In this document: in pieces, positions 1-8,435 of the stretch
Position numbering within the stretch: the stretch's first letter is position 1
Layout: each line of letters starts with the position of its first letter
IMG/VR virus record: IMGVR_UViG_3300006182_000058
Location: 1 to 32,105 of that record
Direction: 5' to 3' (one strand)
Source of the DNA: a virus
Lineage: Duplodnaviria; Caudoviricetes
Length of the DNA: 32,105 nucleotides
Made by a program: the position numbers and the translations under genes
The notes under the pieces: model-generated
The model's database searches: none
What the model was told of the DNA's origin: nothing
The model's input: only the letters and a program-made list of their open reading frames with translations

Positions 1-3000
1 TCAAGTCCGACAAGCTGCTAGGATCTGGCGGAACTTGCCTGGCTCGCGGGAGATGGCAACGGCGATCGACTCGCTGCCGACAGGGCCGGACATCACGTCG
101 CCGATCCGGTTCGGATCGTCGACCAGGTAGAAGTTCTGCTTGTTGTTGAGGGTCGCGCCGGCAGCCTTCGCCGGCTCGGCCAGGCGGGTGTTTGCCAGCC
201 CAGGGGATGGCAAGGCCGGTGCCGGCACGTTGGCCAGGCCGCCAGTTGAGTGACGCGCGGCTCCATGCCACACCAGGTCATCGATTGCCGCCCAGCCACG
301 GGCATTGATGTCGCTGAGCAGATCGAGCATGCCCGGTTGCTGCACTACGGCGCCCCGAGTAATGAACTCGGTGTCGCTCACCCAAATGGGGATGCTGTCG
401 CTGGTTGGTGTTCCCGGCCCGCGTACCTGGCCGCCAGGCCAGCCACCCTCGGCGAAACCATAAGCACCGGTGTAGGTACTGGCCCCAGCAGCGCCGCCAG
501 CGCCACCGCCGAAATAGGCACTGGCACCCGAGGCGATAAGCCCCAACCAACCAGAACCGCCCGAGGATCCCGAGCCAGTGGCACCGCTGACGCCATTGGC
601 TGCCGCTAGGCTGGCGGCAGCGGTCTGAATGGCTGCCGCGCCGGTCATGAGCGTAGCGCCGGCAGCGCTGAGTGCGCCGGCTGATGTCGTTACAGCTGCC
701 GCCCCAGTGGTGAGGCCAGCGCCATCCTGGCCACCGCCACCGAAAATCCCCATCACGCCACCGGTGATGGACTGCGCCAGGTTCTCGGCGGCCATGCGAG
801 TGAGCGCATCGAGCACGCTCTGGCCGAGGGCGCTGACGGCCTCGCGCAGGGTCATGGTGCCGCGTGCCAGGCCGGTCAGGGCTTCGGTCAGGCCCGTAGT
901 CAGTCCATCACGCAGCGTCTCCTGCAGGAGCGTGGTGGTGGCCATCAAGCGCTGGGCCTGAGCATCGAGCGCGTACAGCGCCTGGGCAGCCGCTTCACCA
1001 ACTGCACCAGGTTGTGCAGCCAGCTCAGCCAGCACTGGGCGGATCTGCTCCAGTTGGGCGTAGGTCTCGCGGTGGATCTCCAGGATGCGTTCGCGCGCCT
1101 GCAGCTCGGTGATCAGACCGGCATCCTGTTGCACGTTGACCGACTGCTCCTGGCGCTGTTGCTCGGCCAGGATGCGATCCATCTCGCGTTGCACGTCGTC
1201 GACGCGCACCTTGGCTTCGGCTACCGGGATCAGCTTGTCGAGCCAGGCCAGGCCGGCTTCGTTGCCCGCCTTCTCGAACTCGGTACGCATGCCGGCGAAC
1301 TTGGTGCGGATTTCAAGCAGTGCGGCATCGGTCTCGCGACCTGCAGCACGCAGGAACTCAGCCTCAAGGCCGACATTGGTGCGAGCGTTGGCGTCGGCCT
1401 GGCGCTGCTGCTCAGCCGCATTAATCAGCGACATAGCCGCCCGAGCGCGTTCCAACATGGCTCCGGTCAGCCCCTTCTCCGCCAGCTCGTACTGGCGAAC
1501 CTCCGCTGCGCTCATGTTCAGCGTTGCCGCTTGGCGCTCAAGCTGGGCCAGATAGTTCTCACGTGCGCGCTGGTCACGGTCTACGGGCGTACGCTTTTGC
1601 CGCTCGCGATAACGTCTTTCAATGGCGGCAATGTCTCTATTGATCTGCGCATCGCTTACGACTTCGGTAAACGGGTTGGCCGCACGGATTTTCTCGACAT
1701 TGGCACGGTACTCGGCAATTGCCTTTTCCTTCTGCTCTGTTCGGGTCAAACCCTGCTCTCGAACCTTCGCAATTTCTTGCTGAGCCTGAATGGACTCCTG
1801 ATTCAGCTTCGCAAGGTCTGCGGCACGCTGCGCTTCGGTATCTCGCTGCTGGATCAACAGCTGCAGCCGGTTACGATCCAAATCCAGCTGCTTCTCGCCT
1901 TCCTCGGTCGCCCCCTGGATCACGGGCGTCAGCTGATCCCAAAGCTCTTTGGCCGCGCCAATCGGGCCAAGCACTACAGCATTGGCTCCCAGCGCACCCA
2001 GATCAACGTCACGGACGCTCCGACGATCGAGGGCAGCGAGCTGCTCCTCCAGGGTCTGCTCACGCCCGATGCCAACCATCTCGTCCCAGGCTTCGGCCGC
2101 CGCACCCTTGATGCGCTTCCAGGCACTTTCGAGCAGGCCCAGGTTCCCCTCGATCTGCGTAGCCCGGCTCTCCATGGTCTGAGCCAGCTCTTCCATGGCC
2201 AGACGTGCAGCACCGGCCTCATCACCTTGTTCGGCCAGGGCGGCAATCTGCTCATACACGGCGGCACTAAGGAAGTTGTACTCGCGATTCAAGTCAGCGA
2301 CGGCCTTAACAGGGCTCTCGGCGAGCTTGACGAACTCAGCGACTGTCTCTGATACAGCTCGGCCTGTTGTCTGGTTCATCGCCACGGCAGCGGATGCCAC
2401 CAGTTGGATCTGATCAGCAGCGATACGGCCGGTCCCTGCAACCTCCGCCAGCGCAGCGGATGCTTGGCGCTGGGTGCCGCGCACGACGTCCATCGACGCC
2501 GCCATGTTCATCAACTGATCGCTGCTGGTGCCGGCGGCGTTGCCGGTGAGGATCAGTTGCTCACGAAAACGGATCGACTCCTGTGAGCCTCGATAAGTGG
2601 CAAGCGCTGTAGCGCCTATCGCTGCAGTTGCTGCAGCGATTGCAAGCGTAAGTGGGTTGAGCGTGCTGATCAGCGCCTGGCCGGCATTTCCCCAGCCCCC
2701 GAACGAATCCTTGATCTGACCGCCTTGCTGCACCGCAACAAGCCAAATCGGCATGCCACTGGCCAGGCTCGTGGTGATATCGGTGATCTGCATCGGCAAC
2801 TGGCGCATGGCCTGCTGATACTGGCCTGCAGTAATGCCAGCAACGCGCATTGCATCAGTAGTACCGCCAATACGCTGACGCTGCTCCTGGAGCTTGGCAT
2901 TGAAGGTGTCATAGGTCTCCAGGTCGATCTTGCCCGAGGTACGAGCACGGCGCAGTTGCTGCTCCATGTCGTCGAGTTCATCGAGCTTGCGGATCACCGG

Positions 3001-3303
3001 GTCGATCTTGCCCAGCAGCTGCTGCAGCTCCTGGCCTTCTTTCTCGGTCGCTGCTGCCGCCTGCTTGGCCGTTTCAGCCGCTTTAAGATCGGCCTGAGCC
3101 TTCTGCTCGATGGCCCGCTCGGCAGCGTGGTAGGCGCGCATGGACTCGTTCTGCGCCGCTGCGGTCTGCTGCCAGCTGGAGTTAGCTCCTTGAGCGGCGA
3201 CACCACTTCGCTCAATAGAGTCACTCAGTGCATCGACTTCTCGCCGGCCCTGTTCCAGGTCGGTCTTGAGACGTAGGGCGAGTTCCAGTTCTTTGGTGGC
3301 CAT
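1..3303 (-). CDS. Tail tape measure protein (lambda-like)
   Basis: 1100 aa, Ala/Gln-rich helical; motif 'QYQQAMRQLPMQITDITTSLASG..QQGGQIKDSFGG'; C-terminal 'GPGTPTSDSIP'; follows the tail chaperone. Confidence 0.93.
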   Translation of the reverse strand: MATKELELALRLKTDLEQGRREVDALSDSIERSGVAAQGANSSWQQTAAAQNESMRAYHAAERAIEQKAQADLKAAETAKQAAAATEKEGQELQQLLGKIDPVIRKLDELDDMEQQLRRARTSGKIDLETYDTFNAKLQEQRQRIGGTTDAMRVAGITAGQYQQAMRQLPMQITDITTSLASGMPIWLVAVQQGGQIKDSFGGWGNAGQALISTLNPLTLAIAAATAAIGATALATYRGSQESIRFREQLILTGNAAGTSSDQLMNMAASMDVVRGTQRQASAALAEVAGTGRIAADQIQLVASAAVAMNQTTGRAVSETVAEFVKLAESPVKAVADLNREYNFLSAAVYEQIAALAEQGDEAGAARLAMEELAQTMESRATQIEGNLGLLESAWKRIKGAAAEAWDEMVGIGREQTLEEQLAALDRRSVRDVDLGALGANAVVLGPIGAAKELWDQLTPVIQGATEEGEKQLDLDRNRLQLLIQQRDTEAQRAADLAKLNQESIQAQQEIAKVREQGLTRTEQKEKAIAEYRANVEKIRAANPFTEVVSDAQINRDIAAIERRYRERQKRTPVDRDQRARENYLAQLERQAATLNMSAAEVRQYELAEKGLTGAMLERARAAMSLINAAEQQRQADANARTNVGLEAEFLRAAGRETDAALLEIRTKFAGMRTEFEKAGNEAGLAWLDKLIPVAEAKVRVDDVQREMDRILAEQQRQEQSVNVQQDAGLITELQARERILEIHRETYAQLEQIRPVLAELAAQPGAVGEAAAQALYALDAQAQRLMATTTLLQETLRDGLTTGLTEALTGLARGTMTLREAVSALGQSVLDALTRMAAENLAQSITGGVMGIFGGGGQDGAGLTTGAAAVTTSAGALSAAGATLMTGAAAIQTAAASLAAANGVSGATGSGSSGGSGWLGLIASGASAYFGGGAGGAAGASTYTGAYGFAEGGWPGGQVRGPGTPTSDSIPIWVSDTEFITRGAVVQQPGMLDLLSDINARGWAAIDDLVWHGAARHSTGGLANVPAPALPSPGLANTRLAEPAKAAGATLNNKQNFYLVDDPNRIGDVMSGPVGSESIAVAISREPGKFRQILAACRT

Positions 3304-3361
3304 CGGGCGGGATCACGGCGTGGGGTTCGCTGCAATCCTCGCGCGCGCGCGGGCGGCTGTA

Positions 3362-3379
3362 TTTTCGGCTGGCCGAAAA
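3362..3379 (-). promoter_or_regulatory. Late-promoter palindrome copy 1 (TTTTCGGCTGGCCGAAAA), putative Mor/C-type activator site
   Basis: One mismatch from the copies at 9705 and 18209; upstream of tape measure; -10-like GAGGAT at the same spacing. Confidence 0.75.
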
Positions 3380-3390
3380 AATGTGGCCCC

Positions 3391-3415
3391 AAAAGAAAAC
3401 CGCCCGAAGGCGGTT
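3391..3415 (-). terminator. Rho-independent terminator after the tail chaperone
   Basis: Minus strand AACCGCC-TTCG-GGCGGTT followed by TTCTTTT. Confidence 0.85.
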
Positions 3416-3448
3416 GAACTGAAAAGGTACCAAGGCGCGACTTGCGCC

Positions 3449-3733
3449 TTACTTTAGCAGCGCCTTCAGGTGCTGCTCTGCTTCCTTGCCCCCGGCAAAC
3501 GCCAGGTTGGCGTCCGTGAGGAACTCAGCGCGGGCACGTCGCTGGCGACGTTGCTCGGCCTCGTAGTACAGCAGGATCTGCCGCTCGGTCAGCTTTCCGA
3601 TGCGTTCGGCGTCTCCGTAGCCTGCAGCGATGAGGGTGGCGTAGACGTCTGCCCAGCGCCCGCTTTGGCCGCGCTCTGCGCTGCTGCCCGTTCCACGATT
3701 ACGCGATCGCGGACGGTGCGAATGTAAAAAGGG
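3449..3733 (-). CDS. Tail assembly chaperone frameshift extension (gpGT-like C-terminal part)
   Basis: Open -1 frame downstream of the slippery site C CCT TTT; helical peptide 'RWADVYATLIAAGY...LTERQILLYY'; no convincing start of its own. Confidence 0.7.
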   Translation of the reverse strand, partial: PFLHSHRPRSRNRGTGSSAERGQSGRWADVYATLIAAGYGDAERIGKLTERQILLYYEAEQRRQRRARAEFLTDANLAFAGGKEAEQHLKALLK

Positions 3734-4089
3734 CCGTTGACCCCCCACCACAGCATCAGCAGGTGATAACCATCCTCCTGATTCAATTGCCCCAACCACT
3801 CAACCTCAACGTCGGCCGAGACCGCGATCGCATCGGTGATGACCTCCATATGCTTGGCGAACAAGGTGCTCGATGAGTGGAAATCAAGCGGCTTTGTATT
3901 GGCCATCATGTCCTGCAGATCCACTAGCAGCGGCTCCAGCATGGCAAGCATTTGCATGCCTTCGACGAAGCCGTACTCCCGAACAACCACCTCGCGCCCG
4001 GCGATGGTCGCCGAGCGGTTGGGGTGCAAGACCTCCAGGTCGTTGGCGCCTTGCTCTTCCTTGCGCTTTTTGGCGACACGCCCAGCCAT
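3589..4089 (-). CDS. Tail assembly chaperone (DUF6631-like)
   Basis: Between tail tube and tape measure; 'DLEVLHP..TIAGREVVVREYGFVEG', 'WWGVNGPF'. Confidence 0.8.
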   Translation of the reverse strand: MAGRVAKKRKEEQGANDLEVLHPNRSATIAGREVVVREYGFVEGMQMLAMLEPLLVDLQDMMANTKPLDFHSSSTLFAKHMEVITDAIAVSADVEVEWLGQLNQEDGYHLLMLWWGVNGPFYIRTVRDRVIVERAAAQSAAKAGAGQTSTPPSSLQATETPNASES

Positions 4090-4829
4090 CAGGCAGCAGC
4101 CTGCACAATGCGACCATAACCACCCAGGGTCGGGTCGCTGGCATTGAGCGGGTCATACAGCACGGTGCCAGTCAAAGGCAGGTTGCCCCACTCCTCGTGG
4201 ATCAGGCCGAAGTCGCCCACCGGGTTGAACTTGCAGCGGAACAGCTCGACCACCACCTTCTCCTGATTGTCGGTGTTGATGCCGTCCAGGATCAGCCAGC
4301 GGTCAGGCGGCGTATTGGTGAACATGGTCAACGCCCGAGCGTCTGCATTCTCATACGCAGCGGTAACGGCTGGCGTTTGCGGCGTGAGCAGCTCGATCAA
4401 ACCAGCAGAAGCGGACTCCACGCGGAAGTCGGTACCCTCAACCAGCGCAGTACTCGGTGCTGCAGTCAGCTCCACATCGCTGACGAAAGGCTTGTTCAGG
4501 CGAATGATGTCGCCAGCAGCCAGGGGCGAAGGCAGCGCCTCACCGGTAACGGTACCGGTGGCGATCGCCACATCAGCGGCATACAGCGACAGCGCCAGGT
4601 TGTAGAGCGTCCACTCGTCCAGAGTGAGGTTGAGCGTCGCAGTCTTGCCGCGTTGCAGCAGACCGTACTGCAGGCGGTTGCCAGAGAAACTCTCGGTCTT
4701 CGGGGTGGTTTCGGTGGCCAGCTGCAGAGTGCAGGCAGGCGCGTTACCCAGCCAGGTGACCTTGAGTGCTTTGCCCAGGGCCGAACGCTCGGCCAGGTGG
4801 ATTTTGCCTTGGAAGCTGAAAAGGGACAT
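4089..4829 (-). CDS. Major tail (tube) protein
   Basis: 246 aa, beta-rich, 'FSFQGKIHLAER..WLGNAP'; between tail terminator and chaperone; no sheath gene present. Confidence 0.8.
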   Translation of the reverse strand: MSLFSFQGKIHLAERSALGKALKVTWLGNAPACTLQLATETTPKTESFSGNRLQYGLLQRGKTATLNLTLDEWTLYNLALSLYAADVAIATGTVTGEALPSPLAAGDIIRLNKPFVSDVELTAAPSTALVEGTDFRVESASAGLIELLTPQTPAVTAAYENADARALTMFTNTPPDRWLILDGINTDNQEKVVVELFRCKFNPVGDFGLIHEEWGNLPLTGTVLYDPLNASDPTLGGYGRIVQAAA

Positions 4830-4832
4830 GAC

Positions 4833-5045
4833 TTACTCCTTGGCCGGTGCAGTAGTAGCGGGCTTGGCCGGGTCTGCCACTTTTTCGTGGCGGATCAACC
4901 AGGCCTTTTCGCGCTCGGTGACCTCGATCTCGTCACCGGCCTTGCATGGCTTGTCGCGGTGGGTGTGATTGGCGATCAGCTTGACCTTCTCGGTCGTGGG
5001 CTCTTCAGCCTTTGCCGCCGGGGCGACTGGGGTGGTTTTGCTCAT
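4833..5045 (-). CDS. Small virion-associated protein (DUF7210-like)
   Basis: 70 aa, coupled to neighbours; 'HTH..KAGDEIEV..EKAWL' motif. Confidence 0.65.
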   Translation of the reverse strand: MSKTTPVAPAAKAEEPTTEKVKLIANHTHRDKPCKAGDEIEVTEREKAWLIRHEKVADPAKPATTAPAKE

Positions 5046-5497
5046 GAGGCCCTCCCGAGGGCGTGTTGGGTTTCGTAGATGTCAGTCCATAACAAGGTGT
5101 TGGCGTCGTAGTCGATCACCTTGCCCTGGATCAGTTGGCAATCTCGGGCCCCGTCCAGGCCGGGCGGTACCCAGCCGATCAGCGCATCACGGATCGCGCC
5201 GAGCACCGGCCGCAGGTCATCACTGGCAGCCTTGCCCTTGTTGCCCGAGTAGTTGCGCACTGCCACGGCAACGCCGAACAGCGCCTTGGTCATTTGCCGG
5301 CGGGCTGCACCTGGTGCACCCGGTTTACGGGGCTCAGGGGTTTCCTGCACCAGCACTACAAAGGCAGACGGGGTGCGAAATCCCCGCAGATCCTTGATGC
5401 CTTCCAGCTCGGCAGCGCCTGCCACACCGTCCAGCACGGGCACCTGATCCTTCAGCCTGGCGATCACCAGGTCGATATCGAACGGTTCGCTGGCCAT
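5042..5497 (-). CDS. Tail terminator / Mu gp37-like
   Basis: 151 aa; follows the gp36-like gene; 'VIARLK..VAGAA..RDALIGW.P'. Confidence 0.75.
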   Translation of the reverse strand: MASEPFDIDLVIARLKDQVPVLDGVAGAAELEGIKDLRGFRTPSAFVVLVQETPEPRKPGAPGAARRQMTKALFGVAVAVRNYSGNKGKAASDDLRPVLGAIRDALIGWVPPGLDGARDCQLIQGKVIDYDANTLLWTDIYETQHALGRAS

Positions 5498-6006
5498 CAG
5501 AAGTCCCTCAACGTGCCAGCGGTGAACACCCGCGCCGGTGCGCTGAACTTGGGTGCGCCACTGCTGGGCGGTGTGAGTGGATCTTCGGTACCGAGGCTGA
5601 ACTTGCCCTCGGCCACCAGCTTCAGCAGCGCCAACGCATCGCGGTAGTCACGCACGATCGGGTCATCCTTCTCGGTGCTCAGGCGCGCCTGGTGCAACTT
5701 GTAGCGAGCGATCGCCCTGGCCCAGCCAGTGACGACGGAATAGGTTCGGGTCAGCGGCAGCGCATAACCCCGGCGCGCCAGGAAGCCATCGATCAGACCG
5801 CCTGCAGCTTCCACCTCGGCGACGATCGCCTGCTTGGTCAACTCAGCGACCTCGACCTCCTCGGCGGGCCAGCTGCTGACGTCCTGGTCGCGCAGCAGTG
5901 CATCGAGCAGTGCGGCGTCGACCGTCCGAAAGCGCTCCGGGGTGGCCGCTTGGGCCAGCTCCAGGGCGCCAGGCCGGTCGGCCAGCTCGACCAGGGAGAC
6001 GTACAT
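5497..6006 (-). CDS. Mu gp36-like head-tail connector (DUF1320)
   Basis: 'MYVSLVEL', 'IDGFLARRGYALPL', 'IARYKLH..DYRDAL..L.LVAEGKFSLG'; start moved to ATG at 6006. Confidence 0.85.
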   Translation of the reverse strand: MYVSLVELADRPGALELAQAATPERFRTVDAALLDALLRDQDVSSWPAEEVEVAELTKQAIVAEVEAAGGLIDGFLARRGYALPLTRTYSVVTGWARAIARYKLHQARLSTEKDDPIVRDYRDALALLKLVAEGKFSLGTEDPLTPPSSGAPKFSAPARVFTAGTLRDF

Positions 6007-6008
6007 AC

Positions 6009-6323
6009 TCAGCATTCCCCCGGTTGGGCCACGGCGCGTACCAAGGCCATGACACCGGTCTGGATGTCGGTCTTGGCGATCGCCGCCCAGCGGAATGGCT
6101 CGGCAGCCTGGAAGCGCTGCAGCTCAGCCAGGCACTTGGGGTAGTCATTCGAGTTGATGCGCGTGGCGTTGCTCTTGGCCGCCTCATCGCTCCTGAGCAC
6201 CTGCACCACCTCGTCCTGCAACAGCAGGAGTTCAGCGCCTGCTGCCTTGATGCGGTTCATCAGATTGACCTCGTACTCCGACAGGTCGCGATAGCCCTTG
6301 ATCTGGCGGTGCTGGTTATCCAT
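6009..6323 (-). CDS. acb2: Anti-CBASS protein Acb2 homolog (cyclic oligonucleotide sponge)
   Basis: 'MDNQHRQIKGYRDLS..E..LMNRIK' and 'AEPFRWAAIAKTDIQTGVMALVRAVAQP' match the recalled Acb2 signature; Y11 and K26 present. Confidence 0.9.
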   Translation of the reverse strand: MDNQHRQIKGYRDLSEYEVNLMNRIKAAGAELLLLQDEVVQVLRSDEAAKSNATRINSNDYPKCLAELQRFQAAEPFRWAAIAKTDIQTGVMALVRAVAQPGEC

Positions 6324-7063
6324 CAGGCGTCCTCCAGGATCGCGCCGAGCAGCAGCAACGCGCGGGCCTGCTCGGGGTCGGCGAACTCGATCGGGTCACC
6401 GAAGCCATAGGACTCGCCGTCGTGGTCGAGGCGTTCGCGGTTGACCACATACACCGGATTGCCCACCACCACATCCTCGGCCTGGATGGCGGCCACCAAC
6501 TGCTCGATGGTCATGCCGGCATGGCCTTCGATATCCATGTCCTCGGCCAGCTTGCGCAGCTGCTCCTCGGGCAACTGGTGCAGCTCCAGGACGTTGCCGG
6601 CCTGGTCGACTACGCCGGCAAGGTTGCCGAGCTGCGCGCCCGGATTGAGAGGTTGGGCTTCCTGCCCGGTAGTGCCAGCGCCTGCATCCCCGGCGCCGCT
6701 GCCGCCAGCCCCCGCTGCCAGTTCGGTGGAATTGGTGGTTGCCATGATCTTGTTCAGCACCAGCCGCGCTACCTCTTCGACCGGCACTAACCGTGCGTCA
6801 TGGCTATCGATCCCGATTTCAGCGGCGAACGCCCGCAGCTGCAGCTCGGTGAGCGGCTTCAGGCCGGTATCGCCACCGCCGAAGACGATCGGATCTTCGG
6901 CCGGCGCCTCCTGCTCGTTGATCAGCCGGTCCGCCTCGGCCTGGGCTTCTTCCTTGGTACCGACGAACTCACCGACGCGCTCGCCCGTAGCGTTCTTCAC
7001 GCCATAGCGGCCGCCAGAAATGTGGTAGGCGACGAACGCCAGCACGGATTGATCTTTCGACAT
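6323..7063 (-). CDS. Acidic modular protein with HeH/Rho_N-like repeats (Mu gp35 position)
   Basis: 246 aa directly after capsid; 'LTELQLRAFAAEIGI' and 'LPEEQLRKLAEDMDIEGHAGMTIEQLVAAI'; SD GGAG. Confidence 0.7.
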   Translation of the reverse strand: MSKDQSVLAFVAYHISGGRYGVKNATGERVGEFVGTKEEAQAEADRLINEQEAPAEDPIVFGGGDTGLKPLTELQLRAFAAEIGIDSHDARLVPVEEVARLVLNKIMATTNSTELAAGAGGSGAGDAGAGTTGQEAQPLNPGAQLGNLAGVVDQAGNVLELHQLPEEQLRKLAEDMDIEGHAGMTIEQLVAAIQAEDVVVGNPVYVVNRERLDHDGESYGFGDPIEFADPEQARALLLLGAILEDA

Positions 7064-7075
7064 GGTGCACTCCGC

Positions 7076-7096
7076 AGGCGGCCTGGTCGGCCGCCT
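7076..7096. terminator. Stem-loop after the major capsid gene (no U-tract; attenuator or mRNA stabiliser)
   Basis: AGGCGGCC-TGGTC-GGCCGCCT. Confidence 0.5.
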
Positions 7097-7111
7097 CTGT
7101 CAGGTGGTCGA

Positions 7112-8041
7112 TCAGCCGGCGACGGCGTTCTCGAAGAAGTAGCCGAGGTCAGGTGCAGTGACCAGCTCCTTGACCGACTCGCCCACCCGCACACGCTGGC
7201 CACCGCGCATACCGATATCGCCATCGAACTGCGAGCCGGAGATGCGATCGCCCCACTGAGCGGTAAAGCCGAAGGTGGTGCCGTTCTGCGTGTTTGCCAG
7301 GCGGTCGCGGTAGATGAACGAAGCATGCGGGCCCCATGCACGTACCAGGTTGGCAGCTTGTCCTGGGCGAGCGATGTTCAGGCGAGCCTCACCGACATAG
7401 ATAGCCTCCAGTTCCAGCAGGTCGGCGAGGTACTGCATCGGCACCATGCCTTCATCGCCCAGCGTGCCGTTGAACGCCTTGACCACCTTGGGATGGCGAC
7501 GCAACCAGGTGCTGGTACGACGACCCAGCACACCGATGTTCGGACGCATCACCACGCTGTCGAGCGCATCGGTGATCACCGGAATCGGGTTGCTGTCCGG
7601 GTCGCTCCATTGGCTGGTACCGCTCAGCGTGGTGCGATTGCCGGCCGCATAGCTGGCATTGTTGAACACAGCGCTGGAAGTGCGCGCTTCGCGATCGAGC
7701 AGGATCAGGTTGGTGGTGTATTCCACCGCATTGCCCAGCGGGTCGAAATTGGACGGAGCGTTGTCGATGTCCGCTTGCGGTACCGGCGCATCGAGGGCGT
7801 GATCCTCAGTGCTGGAGGTGGCCTCGGTGGCGGAGAACTCGACACGGTTTGGTGCCGACTTACGACCGACTAGAGTGGATGGCACGGTGAAGCCTTCACG
7901 CAGGTCGTGCTTCATGTACTTGAAGGCCTGCACGCCTACGCCGACACGCGGCAGGACGTCATCCGCAATCATGCGGCCATTGCGGTAGGCGATGGCGATC
8001 GCCGTCAGCGCGGGATCGATTGGAAATGGTGCATTGCTCAT
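7112..8041 (-). CDS. Major capsid protein
   Basis: 309 aa from 'MSNAPFPIDPALTAIAIAYRN..IADDVLPRV'; SD AAGGAG; follows protease and cement protein. Confidence 0.9.
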   Translation of the reverse strand: MSNAPFPIDPALTAIAIAYRNGRMIADDVLPRVGVGVQAFKYMKHDLREGFTVPSTLVGRKSAPNRVEFSATEATSSTEDHALDAPVPQADIDNAPSNFDPLGNAVEYTTNLILLDREARTSSAVFNNASYAAGNRTTLSGTSQWSDPDSNPIPVITDALDSVVMRPNIGVLGRRTSTWLRRHPKVVKAFNGTLGDEGMVPMQYLADLLELEAIYVGEARLNIARPGQAANLVRAWGPHASFIYRDRLANTQNGTTFGFTAQWGDRISGSQFDGDIGMRGGQRVRVGESVKELVTAPDLGYFFENAVAG

Positions 8042-8051
8042 GTGCTGCTCC

Positions 8052-8432
8052 TTATGCAGACAGGGCCAGCAGAGCCGGCGCGATTTGGACGGAACCGATA
8101 TCGCCCAGCACACCGCTCACCTCGGCGAAGCCGATGATGAAGGTGTTGGCTGCGATCGGCAGAGTGGCGGCGATAGCTCGACCGCTGGCGTCCGCAGTCA
8201 GCGGATTCCCACGGGCTACAGTGCCGCCGTACTCCACCGGCGCCAGGCCGGTACGGATGGCATCGACGGTCGCACCGGAGTCGGTGTCGATATCGGTGCT
8301 CACACCCAGCAGACGAGCAGTGGCCCCGGTTGCCTGAACGGCGACGCCGTCAGCAGTGCCATCAGTGAGGATGCGGCGCTTGGTGATCGCGCCACCGGCA
8401 CGAAACGCAGTCGTGAGTCCTGGAATGTTCAT
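8052..8432 (-). CDS. Capsid cement/decoration protein (DUF2190-like)
   Basis: 126 aa, Ala/Gly/Thr-rich; 'VEYGGTVARGNPLTADASGRAI'. Confidence 0.8.
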   Translation of the reverse strand: MNIPGLTTAFRAGGAITKRRILTDGTADGVAVQATGATARLLGVSTDIDTDSGATVDAIRTGLAPVEYGGTVARGNPLTADASGRAIAATLPIAANTFIIGFAEVSGVLGDIGSVQIAPALLALSA

Positions 8433-8435
8433 GGG

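Noticed and set aside
1012..2352. 446-aa plus-strand ORF (also 11757-13286, 16430-17881, 24131-25654, 26241-27398)
   Set aside because: Antisense shadows of well-supported genes in high-GC DNA, with no motifs
1500..2950. AT-richer codon patches in the tape measure suggesting mosaicism
   Set aside because: Visual impression only; needs a GC3 scan, and such mosaicism is common
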